DNA from: a virus | Lineage: Duplodnaviria; Caudoviricetes | Virus record (IMG/VR): IMGVR_UViG_3300025356_000001 | Span: 1 to 44,914 of that record | DNA length: 44,914 nucleotides | Direction: 5' to 3' (one strand) | In this document: positions 16,985-25,200 of the stretch, piece after piece | Position numbering within the stretch: position 1 is the stretch's first letter | Layout: every line of letters begins with the position of its first letter | Notes under the pieces: model-generated | The model's database searches: none | What the model was told of the DNA's origin: nothing | The model's input: the letters and a program-made list of their open reading frames with translations, nothing else | Made by a program: the position numbers and the translations under genes

Positions 16985-19305
16985 TGGCTCTTACCGATAA
17001 CATTCTAGCTTACTGGAACCTTAACGATGATGGTTCTGGAAACGTGAGTCTAGTTGACGATACTGGTAATGGATATACGCTCACCAATAACAATGGGGCC
17101 ACCCTTGCCACAGGAAAGATTGATGGATGCGCTTCTTTATCTGCTAGTCTTGACACATATCTAAATAGCGCAGGATTTAGTGGATCTTCTGGATTTTCTT
17201 TTAGTTGCTGGATAAATGCAACTGATTATGGAACTGGGGGTTATTCAGATATTTCGGGTTATATTGTAGATGCTCGTCCATGCACTTCACTTGGATTTTC
17301 AAACTCTGGAAACCTGTATGTTGGGAATCCATCTTCAGAATATCCAATTACTCCAGTTCCTCTTAACGAGTGGGTTCATTTAGTTGTTACTGCATCTTCT
17401 ACAGAAACCAAAGTTTATCAAAATGGATCTCTAATTATTACTGCTGGAGGTGCAACTTCTTTTGACGTATCATCTATTTTCTTGGGATGCCCGTCAGACA
17501 ATACTGGAGGGGATTTTCATTTTAATGGTTTGATTGATGAGGTTGGAACTTGGAGTCGCGCTCTTTCCGCAACCGAAGTCTATAATCTATACTACAACGG
17601 AACTGGCAACACTTATCCTTTCAGTAAGACACCGATTGCGATTCCTCTTTCCGATGGCTGCAAGGCATATTGGAATCTGAATGATGATGGTTTTGGGAAT
17701 GTTTCGTTGGTTGATTCTACGGGTAATGGATACGCACTTTCCAATCCAAATGGAGTTACTCTTGGAACTGGAATTATTTCTGGGGACGCTGTTTTTAATC
17801 CTGTTAATCAGCAATACTTAGGGCCAGTTACACTTGGCTTACAAAATCAATTTTCTGTTTCTTTTTGGGCAAAATGGAATGGATCAACAACTGGAAACAA
17901 TCAAGTTCTTTACACTTCCCCAAATGATCTAGGTTTTCAATCAGCCATAACTACTTCTGGAAATTTTCTTTATGCTTATTGGTCAACTGGAGGCGTTGAT
18001 ATAGATACAGGGTATTCTGTAGATAATAATTGGCATAATTATGTTTTAACAAAAACAACAAATGGAGATTTGACAGTTTATGTTGATGGTTCTGTAATCA
18101 ATACAAACAATATCGGTCAAGGTGGCTTGAGTGGATTTGGAACTCAATTAGGGTCACAGCCATCACCTTCTCTTGCCTATTATTTTGACGGGCAAATTGA
18201 CGAGGTGGGAACATGGGATCGCGTTCTTTCTCAATCTGAAGTAACAAAACTTTACAATAATGGATCTGGAATAACCTATCCATTTACAACGCTTTATTAC
18301 AATAATGCACAATCTGATGGAGATTGGGGAAACCTTTTAAACTGGTGGCAGGACTCTGGATTTACCATCCAAGCTACAGCACTTCCAGATAACACCACGC
18401 CAATTAATCTTTACAACCAAGTAACGCAAAACACGCAGGGAGCAAATCAATGCTTTTGTGCATCTGCTTTTTTCTGGTCTGCTGATTTCGCATACGGACT
18501 AACGCTTCAATCAACTGGAGTAGTCAATATGCAGGGATCTTCAATCATGGCTGGAGCTACTACAGATAGTGTTTCTATGCATGATTCCTCAACCCTAACC
18601 GATGTTTCGGTTGTTGATGGAAATGTTACCATGAGGGATAGTTCTAGGGCTTTTGGAACTGTCGTTGGTAATGCCACAATTTATTATGACAACGGAAATG
18701 GTCAGTATCCGATTGGCGGAACGGTTGGAGGAACTGTAACTTATCTTGGGTGGCCAGCCATTAGCCCTCAATGGTTTAACGATAAAGTAACAGGTGGAGG
18801 CAATGATGGCGACTTCTCCAATAAGGCTAATTGGTGGACTAGCAATACTTATTCTGTTCGACCAATCAATGCCGAGGGAACTCAAGAGCTTCCAGATGCC
18901 TCCACGGATGTCTTTATTGCGCCGAATACTGGAATTGTTGCCAATAGCGGAACTGCTAATCCAACGATTAACAGCGTAACAGCAAATGACTCAAATATCC
19001 AAAACATTTCTATTACAGCAACCAATGGTTTTTTATTCTCTGGAAATGAGGGCGTAGCAAATGCAGTTCTGTACGGTAATGTTATCTTTCAAGATACGGC
19101 ATACAACGATCATGCCGTCATCCAAGGAAAGGCAACCTACAAATCTGCCGCATCCCTGCAATACTCATGGGGCCAAAACTCACTTGGGAATGTTAATGCT
19201 GGAATGTATAATGGATCAACCGCATTTGAGGTTAACATCTCTGGCGGAGGGGCTGGAAATTTTATTTCTCGCTTGCTTCACCTTCCTTGGTTTATTAACA
19301 TCTAA
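16984..19305 (+). CDS. Tandem LamG/concanavalin A-like lectin-domain fibre or adhesin (773 aa)
   Basis: Two repeats AYWNLNDDG.GNVSLVD.TGNGY...W.H.V.T...Y..G...F.G.IDEVGTW.R.LS..EV..LY; two DGD..N..NWW modules. Confidence 0.88.
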   Translation: MALTDNILAYWNLNDDGSGNVSLVDDTGNGYTLTNNNGATLATGKIDGCASLSASLDTYLNSAGFSGSSGFSFSCWINATDYGTGGYSDISGYIVDARPCTSLGFSNSGNLYVGNPSSEYPITPVPLNEWVHLVVTASSTETKVYQNGSLIITAGGATSFDVSSIFLGCPSDNTGGDFHFNGLIDEVGTWSRALSATEVYNLYYNGTGNTYPFSKTPIAIPLSDGCKAYWNLNDDGFGNVSLVDSTGNGYALSNPNGVTLGTGIISGDAVFNPVNQQYLGPVTLGLQNQFSVSFWAKWNGSTTGNNQVLYTSPNDLGFQSAITTSGNFLYAYWSTGGVDIDTGYSVDNNWHNYVLTKTTNGDLTVYVDGSVINTNNIGQGGLSGFGTQLGSQPSPSLAYYFDGQIDEVGTWDRVLSQSEVTKLYNNGSGITYPFTTLYYNNAQSDGDWGNLLNWWQDSGFTIQATALPDNTTPINLYNQVTQNTQGANQCFCASAFFWSADFAYGLTLQSTGVVNMQGSSIMAGATTDSVSMHDSSTLTDVSVVDGNVTMRDSSRAFGTVVGNATIYYDNGNGQYPIGGTVGGTVTYLGWPAISPQWFNDKVTGGGNDGDFSNKANWWTSNTYSVRPINAEGTQELPDASTDVFIAPNTGIVANSGTANPTINSVTANDSNIQNISITATNGFLFSGNEGVANAVLYGNVIFQDTAYNDHAVIQGKATYKSAASLQYSWGQNSLGNVNAGMYNGSTAFEVNISGGGAGNFISRLLHLPWFINI

Positions 19306-19310
19306 CAACC

Positions 19311-19631
19311 ATGATTGCACTATCTTCTCCCATCACTATTTCCCCAAAGCCTGTTCATGGAAAGCCTATAAAGCCTACCACGCTTACCAGCATTGACTAC
19401 AGCGTGAACTACGATAACTCACAGCAACAGGCAACGGCTCGTATTAAGGGAGTAAATGTGAACCTTCTGCTCTGGAATCAGCATACTACTCCTCCTTATT
19501 CTTCGGTTGGTCAGTTTTCTGATGCAGACACGGACGCTCGTGTTAGTGAACTTCTGAATGTGAAGGGTGGAAATACTGCGATTGAGAAGGCAATTCTTGC
19601 TCTGTTCCCCGCACAGCCAAAATCAGTCTAG
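19311..19631 (+). CDS. Hypothetical protein
   Basis: 106-aa ORF in a packed operon. Confidence 0.65.
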   Translation: MIALSSPITISPKPVHGKPIKPTTLTSIDYSVNYDNSQQQATARIKGVNVNLLLWNQHTTPPYSSVGQFSDADTDARVSELLNVKGGNTAIEKAILALFPAQPKSV

Positions 19632-19633
19632 CC

Positions 19634-19837
19634 ATGATGCACCACTTTGATACCGCCGCTACTGGAGCAATAGGGTTTACTGCCCCTGTTGCCGCCGCCG
19701 CGATTAGCCTTGATCCCATGCTGGATCTTGAGCTTCGTGTGGCTTCCCTTATTATCGGTATCCTTGTGGGGATTGCCTCGTTTTCAAAGTTGATCTACGA
19801 CATCTGGGCTGACCACAAAGCCCGTAGCAAGAAATGA
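19634..19837 (+). CDS. Small membrane protein, holin candidate
   Basis: Hydrophobic VASLIIGILVGIASF, basic C-tail, dual Met start, first gene of the lysis cluster. Confidence 0.55.
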   Translation: MMHHFDTAATGAIGFTAPVAAAAISLDPMLDLELRVASLIIGILVGIASFSKLIYDIWADHKARSKK

Positions 19838-20202
19838 AAGTTCTACGAATCATTGCGGGATGTGCAATGATCTGTGTAGTCGGATGCGCTCATCATGAAG
19901 ATCATTTCACTCCTCCATCAAGCGTGGAAGTCCAGCGTAATGTGGCTAGGGTTGCTCCTTTCGTTCGTCCCGAAGGCAAAGCGGCCTACATCGACCTTGA
20001 GAAGTCGCTCGCGGATTACCAAGCAAAGGTGGAGAAGCAAACGGAGCTACTCGCCAAAGCAGAGAAAGATGCGCTCTACTGGCACGAAAAGCAGGAGAAA
20101 GCCCTAAAGGAACTCTGGATCTGGAGGGGCATTGCGATTGCCTCCATCCTCGCAGTAGTCGGATATATTGGAATTAAGACGGCATGGCGATTCGCACTCT
20201 GA
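19834..20202 (+). CDS. Lipoprotein with C-terminal TM helix: unimolecular spanin candidate
   Basis: Signal MKVLRIIAGCAMICVVG-C, coiled-coil middle, C-terminal TM WRGIAIASILAVVGYIGI. Confidence 0.65.
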   Translation: MKVLRIIAGCAMICVVGCAHHEDHFTPPSSVEVQRNVARVAPFVRPEGKAAYIDLEKSLADYQAKVEKQTELLAKAEKDALYWHEKQEKALKELWIWRGIAIASILAVVGYIGIKTAWRFAL

Positions 20203-20549
20203 TTGAAAAGAAGTTGTCTCAACGCCCTCTTGAGTCGAAGAAGGCACAATACGCCCTCATTGCGGCTAGTTCTGTGCTGGTTGTGTTTGGCGTTTCTGCT
20301 TTTCTTATTCTCTCACATTCCGAACAGGCTAAAGAGATCGTTGAACTCGCCAACCTCGTTGTCCTCTTCTTCGGAGCTTTGGTCACAACCCTAATCACGG
20401 GACAGGCTTGTATGGATTGGAAGGCTATGTCTGCCCTTCAGCACATTGACGAGGACGAGAAGATTGACTCCAACGCCGAGGCTCCTGACGTGGAGGTGAA
20501 GAATATCAGACTTCCACGCCCTCGCTACTACGATGACGAGCAGGTTTAA
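20184..20549 (+). CDS. Two-TM membrane protein, holin/antiholin candidate
   Basis: Two hydrophobic helices; directly upstream of the endolysin. Confidence 0.6.
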   Translation: MAIRTLIEKKLSQRPLESKKAQYALIAASSVLVVFGVSAFLILSHSEQAKEIVELANLVVLFFGALVTTLITGQACMDWKAMSALQHIDEDEKIDSNAEAPDVEVKNIRLPRPRYYDDEQV

Positions 20550-20961
20550 GAATGTGATCATCCCTTGGTTGTTTGACCATGAGGGAAGGGAATACGAGAA
20601 CGACAAAGATGATCCAGGGGGAGCCACCCGATATGGCATTGACCAACGCTCTCATCCAAACGTGGACATCAAGAATCTTACCGAGGAGAAGGCTACAGAA
20701 ATCTACTGGAACGAGTGGTTGAGAGACGGGTGCGATCATCTTCAGAGTCCTCTCGACTGGCTTTACTTTGATAGTGCGGTGAATTGTGGGATTGGACGAG
20801 CGCAGTCATTTTTGAATGATTCTGAAAGAGATCCAAAGAAATATCAAGATGCCCGTAGAGGCTTTTATAATCGGCTTGCAGAGGCGAAACCAAAACTCAA
20901 AAAGTTCTTAAAAGGATGGTTGGCGAGGGTTGATGACTTGAGCAGAGTAGCTGGCGTGTGA
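20533..20961 (+). CDS. Endolysin, glycoside hydrolase family 108
   Basis: HEG.Y.ND.DDPGGATRYGI...Y...W...FD.AVN.G...R..FY.......KF.KGW..R. Confidence 0.92.
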   Translation: MTSRFKNVIIPWLFDHEGREYENDKDDPGGATRYGIDQRSHPNVDIKNLTEEKATEIYWNEWLRDGCDHLQSPLDWLYFDSAVNCGIGRAQSFLNDSERDPKKYQDARRGFYNRLAEAKPKLKKFLKGWLARVDDLSRVAGV

Positions 20962-21044
20962 CCTCGCGTTGCTCGGAGGGTAGCGACTGATTTTTTTCAT
21001 AGTCAAGCCTAAAATGGGTCAATGAAAATTTTTTATTTTGGTGC

Positions 21045-21073
21045 TTGCATACCCATGATCGCTGGATAATTCT
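21045..21073 (+). promoter_or_regulatory. Putative promoter for the recombination/early-middle operon
   Basis: AT-rich upstream tract, then TTGCAT-N17-AATTCT before ATG 21083. Confidence 0.4.
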
Positions 21074-21082
21074 CGCATCGCT

Positions 21083-21289
21083 ATGAGCAAACCAACTACA
21101 ACCAAAACCAACAAAACCAATGACCGCAAGACCTACAATGAAGCCATCATTGCAGACCTCCTTGATTCACTCCTTGCATCCCGACAAGCAACGCGAGAGC
21201 TTGCAGAAAGCGTGGATGCTTGGAAAGTCACCACGATTGTTTTCAGCGTTGTCTCAATCATCGCGCTGTTCACAGCCCTCCTCAAATGA
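21083..21289 (+). CDS. Small protein with C-terminal TM helix
   Basis: WKVTTIVFSVVSIIALFTALLK tail anchor. Confidence 0.65.
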   Translation: MSKPTTTKTNKTNDRKTYNEAIIADLLDSLLASRQATRELAESVDAWKVTTIVFSVVSIIALFTALLK

Positions 21290-21429
21290 GCGCACCAGCA
21301 TCAGCCCCGATGTCTCCAGAGGAGAAGATTCAGCTTCTTCTTGAGACCCTGGAATCCATCCGAGCATCACTAGACGAAACAATTTCCTATATCGACGATT
21401 CGATGATTGAAGCGGACGATAGGGGATAA
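21286..21429 (+). CDS. Small acidic hypothetical protein (47 aa)
   Basis: ATGA overlap with the previous gene; MSAPASAPMSPEEKIQLLLE... Confidence 0.55.
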   Translation: MSAPASAPMSPEEKIQLLLETLESIRASLDETISYIDDSMIEADDRG

Positions 21430-21441
21430 ACCAAAACAACA

Positions 21442-21747
21442 ATGAAAAACATACTGATAAAAAATGCCATGATTCTTTGGGACGATAAGACCAAGGAGGT
21501 TATGGTTGTGCAACATCCTCCAAAAAATAAGGAGGGAAATCATTTGCCTATGTCCGACGGAGCCTGTTGGAGTCATTGGCGAAATCATACAACTGAAGAA
21601 CAAATTGCCATGCTTTACAGAATCGGAATGATTCTTGCATTGAATTTTGATATTCCCACCGAAACAATCCATGAAGCATTTTGTAATGTTGTGGATTACA
21701 GGGAACACATGAGTGATTACATGCCTTCCATAAAAATTATTCACTAA
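21442..21747 (+). CDS. Hypothetical protein
   Basis: A/C-rich leader accaaaacaaca; 101 aa. Confidence 0.7.
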   Translation: MKNILIKNAMILWDDKTKEVMVVQHPPKNKEGNHLPMSDGACWSHWRNHTTEEQIAMLYRIGMILALNFDIPTETIHEAFCNVVDYREHMSDYMPSIKIIH

Positions 21748-21757
21748 GCCAACAACA

Positions 21758-21910
21758 ATGAAAAAAAACACCAAGTCAGTTGAACCAGAAATCGTCCACC
21801 CTATTGAACTCAAAATCAATTGGGGATGGCAAGTTGAGGCGGCGGTTTATTCAGTAATTGCCAATGCCATCCTTGCAATCGCAACCCTTATCACGCTTCT
21901 TTGCAAATGA
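21758..21910 (+). CDS. 50-aa protein with C-terminal TM helix (not in the track)
   Basis: MKKNTKSVEPEIVHPIELKINWGWQVEAAVYSVIANAILAIATLITLLCK; leader ccaacaaca; ATGA overlap with erf. Confidence 0.6.
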   Translation: MKKNTKSVEPEIVHPIELKINWGWQVEAAVYSVIANAILAIATLITLLCK

Positions 21911-22647
21911 GCATTGAGTTCACAGACACGACGGAGCAGAACCAGAAACTTTCCGAGGCTTTGGTAAAGGCGGTTGGAGAGCTTTCCAATGTGGCAAAGA
22001 CTGCCGCTAACCCGTATTTCAAGAGCAAGTATGCTCCTTTGGATGCGATCATTGATGCTACCCGTCCCGTCCTTGCAAAGCATGGATTGGCGGTAATCCA
22101 AGAGCCTCTGTTCATGGAGGGAACCGCTGGAGTAGAGACAACCATCATTCACAAGGAAGGTGGGCAGAAGTCATCCACGCTCCTTCTTCCGCTAAAGGAT
22201 CAGTCCCCGCAGGGAGTGGGAAGTGCCATTACCTACGCTCGTCGTTATGCCCTAGCCGCTGTGCTGGGTATTGCTTCAGAGGATGATGATGACGGAAACA
22301 TCTCAACTGGTCTTGCAAAGAAGCAGGAGCCAGCCCCAGCAAAGTCTCCTGTCAGGGAGGTCAGTAAGGAGGAAGCGAAAGCTACGGCAACTTGGAAGAA
22401 CGTGGAGATCACCAACATCCGAGAGATCCAAGGAAAGAAGAGTACGTTCTTCTGCATTGAGTTTGACGGCAAGGCCGAGGCTCTCACGTTTGACAAGAAG
22501 CTCTACGCTACTGCTACTGACCTTGCTCTCGTTAAGGTTGACGCTGGAGTAGCCCCTGGCAAGAACGATCCATCAAAGTGGCAGTTGATTAGCCTAGCTC
22601 CTACTGCTGGAGCCAAGGCAAACATCACACCCGATGAAAAAGCCTAA
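21907..22647 (+). CDS. erf: ERF-family single-strand annealing protein
   Basis: K...NPYFKSKYA.LD.I......L.KHGL...Q...PQG.GSAITYARRYAL..VLGIA..DDDGN. Confidence 0.93.
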   Translation: MSIEFTDTTEQNQKLSEALVKAVGELSNVAKTAANPYFKSKYAPLDAIIDATRPVLAKHGLAVIQEPLFMEGTAGVETTIIHKEGGQKSSTLLLPLKDQSPQGVGSAITYARRYALAAVLGIASEDDDDGNISTGLAKKQEPAPAKSPVREVSKEEAKATATWKNVEITNIREIQGKKSTFFCIEFDGKAEALTFDKKLYATATDLALVKVDAGVAPGKNDPSKWQLISLAPTAGAKANITPDEKA

Positions 22648-23407
22648 AGCAAAGGCAAGGGGGGCGAAAGCCCCCCATATTGCCACTAAATATGAACGCT
22701 TCCTTGCAGTATCCTGTAGTCATGGCAAATACGCTGATCCTACTGCAATATCTGCCGTTCTCAAAATGCGAGATAAGTGGAAGCCAGAAATCTGTGTTCA
22801 TTTGGGCGATTGGTGCGATACCACAGCCTTTAGGTCAGGTGCGGCTGGAAGTTCAGACGAATCAGAACCAGTTGCCCCAGACATTGATGGAGGCATTGCT
22901 TTCCTGCGAGAGCTACGACCAACTCACGTTCTTGATGGAAACCATGAGGATCGAATCCCTAGATTACTCAATTCAAATAACGCCCTCGTCGCATATGCCG
23001 CCCAGCAAGCAACAAACTTTATTGATGAGTCTTTTATCAAAATGGGTTGCCGCCGCATCCCGTATAACGGAGTGTTTCAGCAACTTGTTTTCGGTGATGT
23101 TACCTTCACGCACGGGACTATCTATAACGAAAATAGCGCAAGAGATATGGCAGAGATGTATGGAGGCAAGGTCATCTTTGGACACACTCATAGAGCGCAG
23201 ATCGGAGAGGGTCGAACGCTCAAGGAAAGCACAGGCTATTGCGTGGGGACGCTTACGCGCCGAGGTGAGATGGATTATGCAAAAGCAAGGCGAGCAACCT
23301 TTGGCTGGAGACAAGGACTTGTCTTCGGAGAGATCGGGCCTAAAGACTCCGCAGTCTGGCTTATAACCCGTGCAGAGTTCCAGAATGAATGGAGGTTGCC
23401 AATATGA
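22634..23407 (+). CDS. Calcineurin-like metallophosphoesterase
   Basis: SCSHG (variant of DxH), HLGDWCD, GNHEDR, FTHG, GHTHR. Confidence 0.88.
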   Translation: MKKPKAKARGAKAPHIATKYERFLAVSCSHGKYADPTAISAVLKMRDKWKPEICVHLGDWCDTTAFRSGAAGSSDESEPVAPDIDGGIAFLRELRPTHVLDGNHEDRIPRLLNSNNALVAYAAQQATNFIDESFIKMGCRRIPYNGVFQQLVFGDVTFTHGTIYNENSARDMAEMYGGKVIFGHTHRAQIGEGRTLKESTGYCVGTLTRRGEMDYAKARRATFGWRQGLVFGEIGPKDSAVWLITRAEFQNEWRLPI

Positions 23408-23646
23408 GCGCGAACCAATGGGCTTCTGTTATCGCCAAAAGCATCAAGATGCGGGAGGATGTAATTCCAAAGGGATTCTATTCTCGCAAGCAACTACAGA
23501 AAATATGGAAGGTGAGCAAGGGGGAGGCAAACGCAAGATTGCGTGATCTCATCAATCAAAACATTGTTGAAAAGAAAACCTTTAAAATCCAAGACTCTAG
23601 GGGCGTTTGCCCCGTATTACACTACAAAATCAAATGCACAAACTAG
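23404..23646 (+). CDS. Small basic protein, possibly winged-helix DNA-binding
   Basis: ATGA-coupled; P.GFYSRKQLQ.IW.VS...A..RL pattern. Confidence 0.55.
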   Translation: MSANQWASVIAKSIKMREDVIPKGFYSRKQLQKIWKVSKGEANARLRDLINQNIVEKKTFKIQDSRGVCPVLHYKIKCTN

Positions 23647-23840
23647 CCAACGAATATACCATTGAACCTGACTTCAGCATCCTTGCTGGCCCTTATTCTT
23701 CCATCATCCATCAAGAGATGAAGTGGATGGAGAATGTGATTACCGACATGAAGGCTGGAAATATCGAATATCGTGTTACTGCTAACGGCGCAGATCTCTA
23801 CGTCGAACGCAAGGGCATGATTGTAACCAAGCGTAAATGA
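23634..23840 (+). CDS. Hypothetical protein
   Basis: ATG 23634 (MHKLANEY), packed operon. Confidence 0.6.
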   Translation: MHKLANEYTIEPDFSILAGPYSSIIHQEMKWMENVITDMKAGNIEYRVTANGADLYVERKGMIVTKRK

Positions 23841-23914
23841 TCAACTCATTCACCATCTTTATCTTTGCTGTGGTGGCCCTCTGGATCATCACGGAAATGT
23901 TTAGACCACGATGA
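23837..23914 (+). CDS. 25-aa single-TM peptide MINSFTIFIFAVVALWIITEMFRPR (not in the track)
   Basis: ATGA overlaps at both ends, exactly filling the gap. Confidence 0.55.
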   Translation: MINSFTIFIFAVVALWIITEMFRPR

Positions 23915-24189
23915 AATTCAAATTACTTGGACGAGTCGAGATCAATGGGCAAAAATGGCAAGTAGGCTATGGACACCCAGGATTCACCGATGGACAAATG
24001 GACGATGGAGTCTGCGACTACAGCAAGCGCAGGATCACCATCAATCGTGGATGCTCTCGCAGTCTCTTGTCTGTGCTGGCGCATGAAGCAATCCATGCTC
24101 GCCTACCTGACCTATCAGAAGAATCTGTTAATGAAACAGGAGAACTTATTAGTAAAATATATGATCTCTTTTCCGAGCAATCTACCTGA
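23911..24189 (+). CDS. Small zincin-like HEXXH metallopeptidase-domain protein
   Basis: G.CDY..R.I.I......LLSVLAHEAIHA...DLSEE.V. Confidence 0.75.
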   Translation: MKFKLLGRVEINGQKWQVGYGHPGFTDGQMDDGVCDYSKRRITINRGCSRSLLSVLAHEAIHARLPDLSEESVNETGELISKIYDLFSEQST

Positions 24190-24236
24190 CAATGAAGACG
24201 ATGACATCCCTTGGCACGACGAAAGCCCCGAAGAAT

Positions 24237-24452
24237 ATGATTAACTCCGCAGACTTTTTTAACGAGTGGTGGGATACCTATGGCATCCGAACCTTCAGCA
24301 AGAATCATGGAACAGCAGATGGGCATAGGGAATACATGAGCATGGCATTCCAAGCTGGATACCATGCCTGTCTTGCCAATGATCGCGGCTACCAAGAACT
24401 CAAGGAGCAGAACCAACGGCTCAAGGATGAGCTTAACTGCCGACTCACATGA
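24237..24452 (+). CDS. Hypothetical protein
   Basis: MINSADFFNEWW...AFQAGY; start uncertain. Confidence 0.6.
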   Translation: MINSADFFNEWWDTYGIRTFSKNHGTADGHREYMSMAFQAGYHACLANDRGYQELKEQNQRLKDELNCRLT

Positions 24453-24541
24453 GCGCAGGAAAAGGAGATGCGCCTCGCCCTGTAAAGGGAGATGATTATC
24501 GCAAGAACTACGATTCCATATTTAATAAAAAGAAGAAATGA
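24449..24541 (+). CDS. 30-aa peptide MSAGKGDAPRPVKGDDYRKNYDSIFNKKKK (not in the track)
   Basis: ATGA overlaps at both ends; GKG..PRP...Y..NYD.IF pattern recalled from small phage proteins. Confidence 0.65.
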   Translation: MSAGKGDAPRPVKGDDYRKNYDSIFNKKKK

Positions 24542-25200
24542 GTATCCTAAAGCTATCTAGGGAGGATCAAGTCCCTCCAGGCAATTACCGATTCACCGTC
24601 CCAGAGACAGGCTATCGCATTGCCGACATCCACACACTACAGGAGCTTTACGATAAGGTAGAGCAACACTACCAAGATAACAATATTCCCCTCCCTGACC
24701 AATGGAAAGAGTTGGTGGTAGATCAACTCTGCCGCCAACTCCCAGAGGGGTGGTGCTATTACTCTGATGGGAAGGAATATAAGGGCAACGCATCTCTGCT
24801 ATCCTTTGACAATATCCTCAAGGGAATTACTAGCCTATCTGCACTAGCTACAGAGGCGGCATCTGGAGGTGATCCGTTTGTTGATCAGAATGAGGCAGAG
24901 GAGAGGGCTAAGATTTGTGCCAGATGTTATTACAATCAAAAGAGTAGCTTCTGTATGGGATGCGGAGGAGCTAGAGTGATATTAGATATGGTTGGTAAAG
25001 TGAAGGGACAGAGGAAAACCAATGTGGATTATATGCTCCAGAACTGCGGGATATGCGGTTGTCGTAATGATGCTATTGTTCATGTCAAGAAAAATATCTT
25101 GCTAAAAGGCGAGAAAGAAGAGACAACTAACAAGCGTCCAGATTGGTGTTGGCTTAAAGCCGATAACTTATCTGAAGCATCCTCTCAACTGCATCTATGA
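24538..25200 (+). CDS. Cys-rich putative Zn-binding protein upstream of portal
   Basis: CARC, CMGC, CGICGC motifs, PDWCW. Confidence 0.7.
   Translation: MSILKLSREDQVPPGNYRFTVPETGYRIADIHTLQELYDKVEQHYQDNNIPLPDQWKELVVDQLCRQLPEGWCYYSDGKEYKGNASLLSFDNILKGITSLSALATEAASGGDPFVDQNEAEERAKICARCYYNQKSSFCMGCGGARVILDMVGKVKGQRKTNVDYMLQNCGICGCRNDAIVHVKKNILLKGEKEETTNKRPDWCWLKADNLSEASSQLHL

Noticed and set aside
22680-23366. 228-aa +1-frame ORF inside the phosphoesterase
   Set aside because: Non-ATG start and no motifs or initiation signal, unlike the MTase beta frame; not supported, though not strictly excluded.
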